The translations under genes and the position numbers were made by a program. The notes beneath the pieces were generated by a model. That model was given only the letters and a program-made list of their open reading frames with translations. It ran no database searches and was not told the origin of the DNA. DNA of 63,867 nt, counting the filler. It is 5 parts of 5 records of this genome, joined end to end, with 100 filler letters (N's around TTAATTAATTAA, not from the genome) between each part and the next. Parts side by side here need not be neighbours in the genome. Positions count along the whole stretch, not along the records: positions 1 to 15,347 come from DRR723986_5171; 4 more parts are not named here. The stretch is one strand, 5' to 3'. Shown here one piece after another: positions 1 through 11,100 of the stretch (position 1 is the first letter of the stretch; every line of letters starts with the position of its first letter).

Positions 1-612
1 TCCCACCCTATATTTCTACAGGTTAAGTCACAATACACCTCAGGTAGTTAAGCGATTGTCAGCCTGCGTGCGCAGCGCCGGCCGACTCTACAAGACTACG
101 GCGATTTTGAGTCGCGACAAAACGTGAAAACTTGAGTGGCCAGTAATGCAATGCTGAGCGGTCGGATTTGGTGCATTTCCGGCAACCGCAAACTCAGCAG
201 TTGGGTGTTCAGTATACTCGTGACAGTCGATATTTGAGTGATTGACGAGTGCTAAACCGCATGACACATTTGTCCTGGCGACAAACAAAATGTTTATAAA
301 GCGAGCTACAAGCGAATAGCGCAGGAGCGCTGCAATTTTGGCCGGTGTGTAGAGATTCTTGGGCTGTAGCTGTAAAACGTCGGCGTAATTGGGACTGGTA
401 CTTAACGGGCATTGTGGAGTGCTGAGAGGGCAGTGATAGAATTTAATCGGGCGAGCTGAAAATTTTGGGTGTTTTTTTTTCGTGATTCAGGGGCCACCCG
501 GTCCCAGGCCACCCCGCCGCCGGTATGTTAAAAAGCAGGGAATTTATCCCGACCGGCATTTTAGAGACGTAGACCTACATGCGACACTCGCAGAGCGTCA
601 CGTATTGTTAAC

Positions 613-2165
613 ACTTTTTCTCGTCAACCTGCATGCCTTTGGATCTTGTCACTTTCCAACGACGTGTTTCGACCGAACCATGGAGCAGACTGGTAGAAGC
701 AGCAAGTACGCTATTGCTGATGTCCTTCCACAAGATTGTGCCTCAGCTATCAAAGGTGCAGTCGGAGTCTTCCACGAGTGTCCGAACCACGGGCGGCGTA
801 ACGACCGGTGCGATAAAAATCTGCCTGTAGTCAGGCTTCATCTTCGCCATTGGCTTCTCCAACATTGTGAGACAATATTTCACGATGTGACGACCGGACC
901 TCGCCCCAGGTTCACCACGTCAATGCTTCTTGGCCGGTACCGTTGTTCCTGTCGCCTGCCCTCCGTAGATGGACCGTCCGTGGACCAGACTGCGCCTCCG
1001 ACTGTAGCTCCCCCTGTCTCCAGGGGGCCTGACGACACCACACGATCCAGACGCTCTCAAAAAGTTTGCGTGCGGCTCTAATTTGCGGCCTTCTGCCGCC
1101 GACCTGGTACGTTCTTGCCGGCAGTTTCTTTCGGAAACAGGAATACCATCGACGGATCGCGCGTCATGCCTACCCAAGCCGATTCGACCGGGCGCGCCGG
1201 CACACGATGATTACAACGACGCCTCAGGTACGCGTGGCCGATCTGCTGACCGGAGCTGCGTGAAGTCGGGATCAAACCGGCATACGAGCACAACTGCTCA
1301 AAGCTCCCAAAACGCGTGATATCGGATAATTATGTGTCCAAGGTCGCCGCAGTAACAGGGGCAATACGAATGCCTTGCCCCACGCGCCCATGCGACCGGT
1401 GCGAGGATCGTCGGAATCCTTGTGACGCGGAACCGCTACCCCCTTGACGTCCAGAAAACTCCGGATATGATTCTTCGTCTCAGTTCGCAGACGCATCAAC
1501 TGATTATACACCCGATCGATCTGACGCAAACCTTCCTGCTCCACACTCGGAACATCGATGCCGCGTAACATATTCGCGTTCAGTGCACGAGCAAGCTTCT
1601 CACTATCGACTGGATCGCTGTTTATGCGGTGATCCTTGTGACTGGTCGGAACATCTGAGGGATGAACCACCAGCGTATCCAAGATTTCGGCCTGCAAATT
1701 CCGGTCCGTCGAAACGCCGGTAAAGCCCGCTTCATACACACAGCGATGCTCCATACCCGGGCAGGTGTGATCAAGTAGCGCACGGCAGCTTCGACGCTGA
1801 TGCAGGAGCTTTAGACTCTTTCAGCCGCAGTTTCAGAAACCGTATATGAACATCCCAGCTCTGCTTGTGAACATCGATACCTACATCGACCAGTTGCTTT
1901 TTCGAGGACTGGGGCGCATCTTTTCCCATGGCGTTTCTCGCTCCGATTTGTTAAGAAGAGGTCGTATTCTCCTTAGAATCGGTCGGGAATCGCTATGTTT
2001 TAAACATACAGTCTGCCACGATTTATTTTCTCCAGGACATCTTCCACCCACCTTGAATTTCTCAGCTTCGTGTTTATAGTCCAGGACTCGATGGCTCCCG
2101 GTCGACTCTGTCGCCATCACTACAAGTCTACAAGCTTTAGTTGAGAACTCACTGCGAGAAAAAGT
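613..2165 (-). mobile_element. Putative extent of the IS110/IS1111-family element remnant
   Basis: The transposase pseudogene is bracketed by an 11-bp perfect inverted repeat, ACTTTTTCTCG (613-623) / CGAGAAAAAGT (2155-2165). The boundaries are inferred and the repeat could be chance. Confidence 0.35.
912..1929 (-). pseudogene. IS110-family (DEDD) transposase/recombinase, decayed
   Basis: Manual translation from ATG 1929 gives VDVGIDVHKQSWDV. After a frameshift near 1788 come YEAGF and SDPVDS (RuvC-like D-E-D-D residues). The middle region appears deleted. The next frame reads IAPVTAATLDT*LSDITRF...LCSYAGLIPTSRSSG...ESAW (Transposase_20-like, catalytic SSG) with an in-frame TAA at 1332-1330. 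A further frameshift gives IRAARKL. The 3' end is approximate. Confidence 0.88.
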
Positions 2166-2516
2166 CAATGGCCGTCAAGTTGTGGTTAAGCGGTCACTAA
2201 TGTGGTGTAAGCGGACAAAAAATGTAAATCTTGGCAATTGTCTTGAACGCAATTCCTGAAGACGGATCTTTATTCGGCAGGTACGTACGGAACTCGGATT
2301 GTACTTTAAAATTTGTAGGTAGTGGCCGGAGTGAAATTTGGGTGGAGCGTGAATGAAAAATGATACAACAACGGAATCGCAAGACATCTCTTAACCTAAC
2401 AGGCACTCTACCCGACATTTTATATGCGGCGGGTTTTGGCGTAGAGCGACGAGCGGAAAGGCAGCGAAGTGGTGCCGCGATCGCGCAAATGTTAAACGTG
2501 AAGTCCCATCAGTGTT

Positions 2517-2559
2517 TAAACACAAAACGCCCGACTTTACAGCCGGGCGTTTAAGTTTA
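2517..2559 (-). terminator. Intrinsic terminator downstream of pnp
   Basis: Minus strand AAACGCCCGGCT-GTAA-AGTCGGGCGTTT followed by a T-rich tail. Confidence 0.75.
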
Positions 2560-2644
2560 ATGCCTGAGTTTCGAGCGCAAATTAACAGTTCCTGTTCAGC
2601 TGAATGTTAAACGATTGAACGGCTTAACATCCTGGAGCGAACTA

Positions 2645-2986
2645 TTAGTAGCGGTCGCCACCACGATCACGATCACCACCACCGCGAGGTCCACGATCGC
2701 GATCTCTGTCACGGTCGCCACCGCGATCACGATCACCACCACGATCTCTGTCACGGTCGCGATCTCTGTCACGATCACCGCCGCCGCGAGGTCCGCGATC
2801 TCTGTCACGGTCACCACCGAAACGGCGTCCACCGCGATCACCGCCACGGTCACCGCCGCGATCACGATCACCACCACCACGATAGCCGCCACGGTCACCG
2901 CCGCCACCGCCACCGCCACCGAAACGACGTCCGCCACGGTCACCACCACCGCCGCCATAACGACGTCCGCCACCACGATCTTCCTC
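2645..2986 (-). repeat. Low-complexity coding repeat (DR, RGG, GGG units) in the pnp 3' end
   Basis: Repeated GATCACGATC / GATCTCTGTCACG / CCACCGCC units; peptide [16 protein letters not shown] occurs twice. Confidence 0.9.
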
Positions 2987-5110
2987 AGGCTCAAAACCTT
3001 CAGGAAGGGGGAGGAGCGCCTTGCGGCTTAAACGGAATTTACCGTCATTCTGGACTTCGAGGAGTTTAATCTCAACTTTGTCACCGACTTTAAGCACGTC
3101 TGCGACGTACTCAATGCGATGGTGATCAATTTGTGAGATGTGCAGGAGACCTTGCTTCTTGGGCAGGAACTCAATGATAGCACCGAGGCCTTCGCGAATG
3201 TCTTTAACCGTACCGGTATAGACTTCACCTTCTTCAGGCTGGCGTACCAGGTTTTTGATCATGTTAACTGCAATCTGGGCGGAATCACCCGAGACAGCAG
3301 CAATGATGACACGACCATCATCTTCGATGTTAATCGTAGCACCGGATTCAGTACCAATTTTGCGAATCGTTTCACCGCCAGGCCCAATAACCGCACCAAT
3401 CGTTTCCGTAGGAATCGTAATGGTTGTAAGTCGTGGAGCGTGGGGCGAGAGGTCCGATTTAGGTTCACTGATCGCTTCGTTCATCTTGTCAAGAATGTGC
3501 AGGCGAGAGGTTTTAGCCTGTGCCAGCGCTTTCTTGATGACTTCCATGGAGATACCCTGGATCTTCATGTCCATCTGGCACGCCGTAATACCGTCGGCGG
3601 AACCAGCGACCTTGAAGTCCATGTCACCCAAGAAGTCCTCGTCGCCAAGGATGTCACTCAGGATGGCAACGTCGTCACCTTCCTTGATCATACCCATTGC
3701 GATACCGGAGACGGCTTTCTTGAATGGGATTCCAGCTTCGAACATGGACAGTGAGCCGGAGCAAACTGTAGCCATGGAGGAAGAACCATTCGACATCAGC
3801 ACGTCGCTGACGAGGCGGATGGTATAGGGGAAATCATCTTTGTCCGGCAGCAGCGGCTCAAGGGCGCGCAGTGCCAGGTGTCCGTGACCAATCTCACGAC
3901 GGCTCGTACTCATGATACGCTTGGCTTCACCGGTCGAAAACGGCGGGAAGTTGTAGTGCAGCATGAAACGGCGGTTGTATTTAGGACGCAGGCCATCGAT
4001 CATCTGCTCATCGAGCTTGGTACCCAGTGTAGCCGTTCCGAGCGACTGAGTTTCGCCACGTGTGAACAGCGCAGAACCGTGCGAGTGCGGCAGGATGCCA
4101 ACTTCAACGGTAATAGGACGAACGTCTTCGAGGCCGCGGCCGTCGAGGCGTTTACCGTCAGTCAGGATCATGCTGCGCATTTCGCGCTTTTCAACATCGC
4201 CAACCAGGTTGCCAACGATTTTTTCGATATCGTGATCGGGATATTCTTCCGGATCGAATGATTCGAGGACTTTTTCGCGTGTTTCCTCGACCATTAGACG
4301 GCGACGCTCTTTGCGAACTTCTTTGGCTCCACCTTCGCGTACCTGCTCTTTAACCTGGTCGGTAACAAGCTCATTTACGAGATCTTCGATGCCTTCAGGC
4401 AGTTCGGGAGCACTGAATTCAAATTTGTCTACGCCGCAGAGTTCAACGAGTTCGTTCTGCAGGCCAACGAGCTTTTTGATTTGCTCATCACCAAATTCGA
4501 GCAGCTCAATGAATTCTTCTTCGCTGATTTCCTGGGCGCCACCTTCAACCATTACAACAGATTCGGCTGTGCCCGCCATCGTCAGTTCAACGTCACAAGC
4601 TTCGATTTGCTCATGGGTTGGGTTGCAGATCAGCTCACCTTCCACGCGGCCTACGCGTACTTCAGCGATTGGACCGTCAAAGGGAATGCGAGAGATCGCC
4701 AGGGCTGCTGAAGCGCCAATGGCTGCTAAGGTGTCAGCTTCGTGGATTTGGTCGTAGGAATAAACGGACGCGATGATTTGCGTCTCTTTACGCCAGCCTT
4801 TGGGGAACATGGGGCGAATCGGGCGGTCGATCATACGCGCCGCCAGGATTTCGTGCTCAGAAGGACGCGCCTCACGCTTAAAGAAACCGCCAGGAATTTT
4901 ACCTGCGGCAAAACCTTTTTCACGGTACTCAACCGTCAGCGGTAAAAAGTCGACCTGCTTGTTTGCATCCGTGTTGGATACTACAGTCACCAATACCATC
5001 GTATCGCCGTGCCGTACCATGACGGCTCCGTCTGCCAGGCGCGCAAAGCGTCCGACCTCGAGCGAGAGTTCCGCTCCGTTAACTTCAGTAGATACTTTGT
5101 GAATTTCCAT
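2645..5110 (-). CDS. pnp: Polyribonucleotide nucleotidyltransferase (PNPase) with long G/R/D-rich C-terminal tail
   Basis: [40 protein letters not shown] domain (VIGPGG) and S1 domain; lies downstream of rpsO. Confidence 0.98.
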   Translation of the reverse strand: MEIHKVSTEVNGAELSLEVGRFARLADGAVMVRHGDTMVLVTVVSNTDANKQVDFLPLTVEYREKGFAAGKIPGGFFKREARPSEHEILAARMIDRPIRPMFPKGWRKETQIIASVYSYDQIHEADTLAAIGASAALAISRIPFDGPIAEVRVGRVEGELICNPTHEQIEACDVELTMAGTAESVVMVEGGAQEISEEEFIELLEFGDEQIKKLVGLQNELVELCGVDKFEFSAPELPEGIEDLVNELVTDQVKEQVREGGAKEVRKERRRLMVEETREKVLESFDPEEYPDHDIEKIVGNLVGDVEKREMRSMILTDGKRLDGRGLEDVRPITVEVGILPHSHGSALFTRGETQSLGTATLGTKLDEQMIDGLRPKYNRRFMLHYNFPPFSTGEAKRIMSTSRREIGHGHLALRALEPLLPDKDDFPYTIRLVSDVLMSNGSSSMATVCSGSLSMFEAGIPFKKAVSGIAMGMIKEGDDVAILSDILGDEDFLGDMDFKVAGSADGITACQMDMKIQGISMEVIKKALAQAKTSRLHILDKMNEAISEPKSDLSPHAPRLTTITIPTETIGAVIGPGGETIRKIGTESGATINIEDDGRVIIAAVSGDSAQIAVNMIKNLVRQPEEGEVYTGTVKDIREGLGAIIEFLPKKQGLLHISQIDHHRIEYVADVLKVGDKVEIKLLEVQNDGKFRLSRKALLPLPEGFEPEEDRGGGRRYGGGGGDRGGRRFGGGGGGGGDRGGYRGGGDRDRGGDRGGDRGGRRFGGDRDRDRGPRGGGDRDRDRDRDRDRGGDRDRGGDRDRDRDRGPRGGGDRDRGGDRY

Positions 5111-5384
5111 AGATAGATTGCTCTGATTCGGCGTGACGTACTATAGCTGCAACAGTTCACCGCGCCGTGCCTGAATGACGTTCATCGCGGCAGGTGGCGT
5201 TCCGCAGGTGCGGTAGACGCCGGGGTGATTGTTGTTCTCAGGGGTTAGTGTGAACCGCAGGTGCTTTGTTATTGTACCCTCTATTACATGTGGCATCGGC
5301 CACAGGCTTCATCAAAAGGCGGCTCACTATTCAGTTTGTCTGTGTTGTGTGAATGTCTCAGGCGGGGATGTTGCCACCGGGTTT

Positions 5385-5418
5385 AAACAAAAAACGGCAC
5401 ACACTTGTGCGCCGTTTT
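5385..5418 (-). terminator. Intrinsic terminator after rpsO
   Basis: Minus strand AAAACGGCGCAC-AAGT-GTGTGCCGTTTT followed by TTGTTT. Confidence 0.8.
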
Positions 5419-5424
5419 ATTAGC

Positions 5425-5691
5425 TTATCGCCGGAGGGACAGTTCGCCAATAACGATACGATACCGTCCGATGTCTGTGCGCGCCAGGTAATCCAAAAGC
5501 TTGCGGCGCTTCCCAACCAGCTTCAACAGGCCGCGGCGGGAGTGATTGTCTTTCTTATGTTCTTTCAGGTGTCCTGAAAGTGTGTTGATGTGCTCAGTCA
5601 GTAGAGCAATTTGCACTTCGGCTTTGCCCGTATCTTGTTCCGCACTACCGAATTGTTTTACAATTTCGGCTTTTCGCTCCTTAGTTACCAT
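5425..5691 (-). CDS. rpsO: 30S ribosomal protein S15
   Basis: [13 protein letters not shown]...[25 protein letters not shown]; likely start ATG 5691. Confidence 0.98.
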   Translation of the reverse strand: MVTKERKAEIVKQFGSAEQDTGKAEVQIALLTEHINTLSGHLKEHKKDNHSRRGLLKLVGKRRKLLDYLARTDIGRYRIVIGELSLRR

Positions 5692-5741
5692 CGATACCTT
5701 GTTCGCAGATAAAGTTCTCAAATGCCTCTGGAAGTAGCTGA

Positions 5742-6785
5742 TTATATGTTCTTTCCAGCTATCAAATCCGCCTGCAATCTCTCTGTGTATTCACTGCAAA
5801 GGCGACGATCAGCATCAATCTGGGAAAGAAAACTATCCAGACTTGCAAATTTGCGTTCTTTTCTGATAAATTTCAAGAAAGAAATGTCCACAGTCGCATT
5901 ATAGATCATTTTTTTCCAGTCAAACAGGTTGACTTCCAGCTGTAAAGCCACGTCATCAGTGAATGTAGGCCGTGTTCCGATGTTGGCCATGCCCCAAACG
6001 ATTTGTGCCTCTTTTTCGGCATTTATCGGTCCGGCAGCTGGTGCACCCGACGAATTATTGGACGAATTTTGGCTGTTTTGCTCGTGAATTCGGGCTGCTA
6101 CACAATACACACCACGTCCTGGGATGAGTTTATGTTTGTCTCCGGGATAGATGTTGGCAGTCGGTATGCCTATCGTTCGGCCGCGGCCGTCACCCTCAAT
6201 CACCGTGCCACGCAGGTGAAAGTCATAACCGAGTAAATCAGCTGCCGCATCAACATCACCTGCCGAGAGGAGCGTGCGGATGCGCGTACTGCTTACGGCC
6301 TGTTCACCAAATTCCAAGGCTGAGACACGTTCGATTTCAAAATTGCGTTCGCGTGAAAGCCGCTCCATGAGTTCCAGGTTGCCCTGGCGGTCCTTGCCAA
6401 ATCCATGATCGTGGCCAACCAGAATGTGACGGCAGCCAATGCCGTCCAGCAGATACCGCGCCAGAAACGATTCAGCTTCCAGTTGCGCAAATTCTGTAGT
6501 GAAGTCAATTACGAGCAGGTTGCGGACACCCGCCTCACGCAAGTGTTCCAGGCGTTCCTCAACGGTATGTAGCACCTGAAGGGGAGCCGCACCCGGTTTC
6601 TTAAGAACCAGTTGTGGATGTGGCGCAAAAGTCACTACAACTGGACGTGCGCCCAATTCATCTGCACGCCGGTTCAACTGATCGATTAGCGCACGGTGGC
6701 CGTTGTGAACGCCGTCAAAGGTGCCGAGCGTCAGAACAGAGTTTTGATCGAAGGGAATCTGGTCCAAGGATCGATAGAGATTCAT
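5742..6785 (-). CDS. ribF: Bifunctional riboflavin kinase/FAD synthetase
   Basis: [35 protein letters not shown] motifs. Confidence 0.97.
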   Translation of the reverse strand: MNLYRSLDQIPFDQNSVLTLGTFDGVHNGHRALIDQLNRRADELGARPVVVTFAPHPQLVLKKPGAAPLQVLHTVEERLEHLREAGVRNLLVIDFTTEFAQLEAESFLARYLLDGIGCRHILVGHDHGFGKDRQGNLELMERLSRERNFEIERVSALEFGEQAVSSTRIRTLLSAGDVDAAADLLGYDFHLRGTVIEGDGRGRTIGIPTANIYPGDKHKLIPGRGVYCVAARIHEQNSQNSSNNSSGAPAAGPINAEKEAQIVWGMANIGTRPTFTDDVALQLEVNLFDWKKMIYNATVDISFLKFIRKERKFASLDSFLSQIDADRRLCSEYTERLQADLIAGKNI

Positions 6786-6939
6786 AGCTCGTCAGAACCT
6801 ATGCGTGTAAGATTTGCCGGAAGTCAAATTCGGAGAAATCAATCAGGGGATTCCCAATGGCAGCTTGCGTAAGGCCACTTGCCAAAGCGGCCCCCTTATG
6901 AACTGCTTTGACCGGCGTATTCGCAATCGGAACAAAAGC

Positions 6940-7659
6940 TCAAGCCTTTTCTGAATTAACGATTGCCGCTATCTGATCAATCGTGACGGCCTGATCGACT
7001 GTATATTCACCAATTGCCGTGCGTCGCAGCGCCTTGAGATAAGCACCGCAGTTGAGTTCTTCGCCAATGTCGCGTGCCAGAGAGCGGATGTACGTTCCTT
7101 TGGAGCATAGGACGTCCAGCGTCAGCATTGGATTGGCATAGTCCAGCAATTTCAGCTCATGAATCGTGACATCCCGCGGAGGGCGTTCGATTTCGACGCC
7201 TTTGCGGGCCAACTTGTACAGACGCACGCCATTTTTCTTGATAGCCGAGAACATCGGCGGAATTTGCTGGATATCACCACGGAAATTTTGTAGTACTGCT
7301 TCAGCGGCCTGCAGATCGACTGAACTTGTGTCACGTGGATGCTCTTCTTCACCCTCAGCATCATCAGTTTTTGTGTTTGCACCGAGTTTTACCAAGGCTT
7401 CGTAGCGTTTGACGGCATCCTGGTAGGTGTGGATGGTTTTGGTGGCTTTGCCGAGGCATACAATCAGAAGACCTGTAGCCAGTGGGTCCAGGGTGCCTGC
7501 ATGGCCTATTTTACGGATTGAGGTAAGACCGCGCAGTTTGGCGATTACGTCAAAAGACGTCCAATCGCGCGCCTTGTCAATTAAGGCGACGCCACCCTGT
7601 TCAGGAACCTGTTGGAGCCAATCGTTAAAATGCGGTAAGGTAGCAGCGGAGAGAATCAT
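6940..7659 (-). CDS. truB: tRNA pseudouridine(55) synthase
   Basis: KIGHAGTLDPLATG, PPMFSAIK, CSKGTYIRSL motifs. Confidence 0.97.
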   Translation of the reverse strand: MILSAATLPHFNDWLQQVPEQGGVALIDKARDWTSFDVIAKLRGLTSIRKIGHAGTLDPLATGLLIVCLGKATKTIHTYQDAVKRYEALVKLGANTKTDDAEGEEEHPRDTSSVDLQAAEAVLQNFRGDIQQIPPMFSAIKKNGVRLYKLARKGVEIERPPRDVTIHELKLLDYANPMLTLDVLCSKGTYIRSLARDIGEELNCGAYLKALRRTAIGEYTVDQAVTIDQIAAIVNSEKA

Positions 7660-7688
7660 TGAGAAGTAATCGACCGATTTAATAAGAC

Positions 7689-8120
7689 TTAGGCATCTTC
7701 GCGTGTCGGCCGTTCAGAGTCTGATGACGCAGGCGATTCTCCGTCTTCTGCAGCAGGGGATTCGACACTGTCGTCGTCGGCAGCTGGTGGTGTTGCATCC
7801 AGCAGAGTGCGGATGCGATCCATCGTATCAAGCGTGTCATCCAGGAAAAACTTCAGGTCCGGCGTGTATCTAAGATGGACTGACGCGCCCAAGCGTTTGC
7901 GTAAGCCGGAAGCGCGGTCGTTAATGCGTTTGACTGCCGTTGGTGGGTCCATCGAACCGTTAAAGATGCTCAGGTATACACGCGCGTGCCGCAAATCCGC
8001 GCTGATGCGGACATGTGTAATCGACACAAATCCGGCGTCCAACTCGTTGCCGAGATCGGACACCGGACGTGCTAATGCTTCGCGGATAACGCTTGCTACG
8101 CGTTCGGTACGTATAGACAT
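7689..8120 (-). CDS. rbfA: Ribosome-binding factor A
   Basis: SADLRHARVY, LRYTPDLKFFLD; lies between infB and truB. Confidence 0.95.
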   Translation of the reverse strand: MSIRTERVASVIREALARPVSDLGNELDAGFVSITHVRISADLRHARVYLSIFNGSMDPPTAVKRINDRASGLRKRLGASVHLRYTPDLKFFLDDTLDTMDRIRTLLDATPPAADDDSVESPAAEDGESPASSDSERPTREDA

Positions 8121-8167
8121 GGCAGGGGAGAACTCCAGGTTTCAGGCCGGGCTTGCGCCCAGACGCA

Positions 8168-11100
8168 TTAGCCCTCGTTCTCTGTTTCCAGTTTACGTTT
8201 GATTTTGGTGATTTTAACCGCTTCGATGATATCACCGACTTTGACGTCGTTGAAGTTCTCAAGACCGATACCGCACTCGTAACCCTGGTTAACTTCTTTG
8301 GAGTCATCCTTGTGGCGTTTGAGAGACGATATCTTGCCTTCGAATACATCAAAACCATCACGTATCAGGCGCACCGTGTCATTCCGGTGAATCTTGCCGT
8401 CCGAAACGTAACAACCAGCGATTGTACCGACTTTAGAGATTTTGAAGACGTCGCGAACTTCAACAGTTCCAGACACTTCTTCTTTGATCTCGGGGCGCAG
8501 GAGGCCTTCAAGCGCAAGCTTGATTTCGTTGATACAGTCGTAGATAATGCGGTAGATGCGGATATCGACACCTTCGCTCTCCGCCAGGCGTTTAGCCTGC
8601 GGCGTGGGGCGAATGTGGAAACCGATGACGATCGCATTAGAAGCCGCGGCAAGCATGATATCCGACTCGGTGATAGCACCAACGCCTTTGTGGATAACAG
8701 CAATGCGAACTTCAGTGGTCGAGAGTTTCTGCAGAGCATCTGTCAGAGCCTCTACCGAACCATCGGCATCAGCTTTGAGGATGATCGGCAGATCCTGCAC
8801 ACCACCGGATTCAATCTGGCTTGCGATATCGTCAAGTGTGATGTGGCGAATCTGTTTGAACGCCTGTTCACGCTTGATCTGCATCCGTTTAGTCGAGAGT
8901 TTGTTGGCTTCGCTTTCCGAATCCATTCCCACGAACTGGTCACCAGCTTGTGGGGCTCCATCAAATCCAAGAATTTGGACTGGCGTGGATGGCCCGGCAG
9001 TCAGAACGCGTTGACCACGTTCGTCGAGCATGGCCCGAACACGACCGGAGTAAACACCACAAAGGAAAGCGTCTCCAACGTTAAGCGTACCCTTCTGGAT
9101 AACAGCTGTAGCGACAGGGCCTTTACCTTTGTCAATTTTGGATTCGATAATTGTACCGCGAGCGTGACGGTCCGAACGGGCCTTCACATCAAGCAGTTCA
9201 GCTTCGAGCAGAATCTTTTCGAGCAGTTGATCAACATTTTGACCGGTTTTAGCTGAGATTTCAGCTACCTGAACCTTGCCACCCCAATCTTCAACGAGAA
9301 CGTCGATGTCAGCAAGTTGCTGGCGGATGCGGTCGGCATTTGATTCCGGACGGTCAATTTTGTTAATAGCAACCACGATCGGCACATTAGCGGCACGTGC
9401 GTGACTGATGGCCTCTTTTGTTTGAGGCATGACACTATCGTCGGCCGATACAATCAGCACCACAATATCCGTTACCTGCGCACCACGAGCACGCATGGCG
9501 GTAAACGCCTGGTGACCCGGAGTATCGAGGAAGGCAATCTCGCGATTGTCGCCAACTTTAACTTTGTAGGCACCAATGTGCTGCGTAATACCACCGGCCT
9601 CACCAGCTACAACGTTCGTTTCGCGAACGTAATCAAGCAGCGATGTTTTACCGTGGTCAACGTGGCCCATGATGGTCACGATTGGCGCACGTGGCGTCAG
9701 TGTTTCTTCCGGATCTTCCTCGTCAACAATCGAATCATCGGAGAGTTCATCCACAAAGTCAACATCATAGCCGTAATCATCGGCGATTAACATGATGGTG
9801 TCTTTGTCCAGACGCTGATTGATTGACACCATCAGGCCGAGAGTCATACAGGTAAGAATGACTTCGTTTGTTGGTGTATCCATCAGGTTGGCCAGCTCGG
9901 CAACTGTGATGAACTCAGTCACCGACAGTATTTGCTGATCAATCTCTTCCTGTTCGCGTTGGCGTTCCTGCTCTTCAGCCCGTTCCTGGCGACGACGTTG
10001 ACGCATTTTACTACGTTGTGACGCACCGGATTCGTCCGAGGTAGACAGGGTTTTGCGGATTGCCTTATCCACCTCTTCCTGGCTAACCTTGACTTTTTTG
10101 CCTTTTTTGCGGCGGCGTTTACCTTTAGCATCGCCACCTTCCTCGCTGGAAGCGGCAACGCCGCCACTGTCTGTGGATGCCAGCAGGCTTGGATCGAGAC
10201 TTGCTTTATCACGCTTGGCAAACAGAGCGCCGCCTGTATCGGGCTCTTTGTCTTTTGGTTTACTGCGCTTTTTGCTGTTCTCTTTTTTCTTGGCTTTGGA
10301 GACCAGGTCGATCTTTCCGAGAATCGTGAGGCCTTTCAGCGTAGGAGCTTCACCGGCCTGATATTCGATTTCGGCAATTTTGCGTTTGCGTTTGCGCTTC
10401 TTACCACCAGCTTCGTCGGTTTCCTCTTCGGAACCCTCTTCGCCGTCTTCAGTCCCATCATCATCGTCGCCGTGATCTTCGTCATAAGCTTCATCGGCAT
10501 CATCAGCGGATGATGATTCAGTGGCTTCTGCAGCAACTTCTTCCGATTCGGATTCAGGTGCTGTCTCGGCCGGCGCTTCTTCAGTGGTTTCGGCAACTGG
10601 AGTTTCGGCTTCTACAGGTGTATCAGCTTTTGCTTCAGCTTTGTTTTCTTCCACTGCTGCCGGCTCTTCAGGTGTTGCCGCAACTTCGGCTTTAGCTGGA
10701 GCGCTGGTTTCAACTGGCGTCTCAACTTTCGCTTCGGTTTTAGCTTCCGCAGCAGGTGCTTCTTCTTTTGCAGGTTTAACTTCTTCTGCAGGAGAAACAT
10801 CGGCGGGGGAGCTGTCTACCGGCTTGGCTTTCGGCTCGACTTTTTCAGCTGGTTCAGCGGCTTTGGCTTCAGTGGTTTCTGCTTCAGGCGCTGTGGTTTC
10901 GGTGGCTTTGGGCTTGTCTTCGGCTTTCGCTTCAGGTTTAGCCTTTTCGCGTTTTCCGCGTCGTCCACGACCGCTGCTTTTGTCATCAAGAACAATGACA
11001 GTGCCCACTTCGGCCCCGGATTCACTTTCGGCGGACTCAGCTTCAGCTGCTGGTTCTTCCGCTGCAGGTGTTTCGGCATCTACAGCATCGCTTGGAGCGC

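Noticed and set aside
229-255. GAGTGCTAA resembling a CIRCE operator
   Set aside because: Only one half-site is present; the TTAGCACTC arm 9 nt upstream is absent
482-1081. 199-aa + strand ORF
   Set aside because: No recognisable motifs, and it overlaps the IS110 remnant and its non-coding flank in antisense
2645-2986. Repeats resembling a CRISPR array or tandem array
   Set aside because: In-frame coding low-complexity sequence with no constant repeat/unique spacer pattern and no cas genes
2596-3031. Val-rich (2596-2994, -) and Thr/Ile/Ala-rich (2615-3031, +) ORFs
   Set aside because: Alternative-frame shadows of the repetitive PNPase tail
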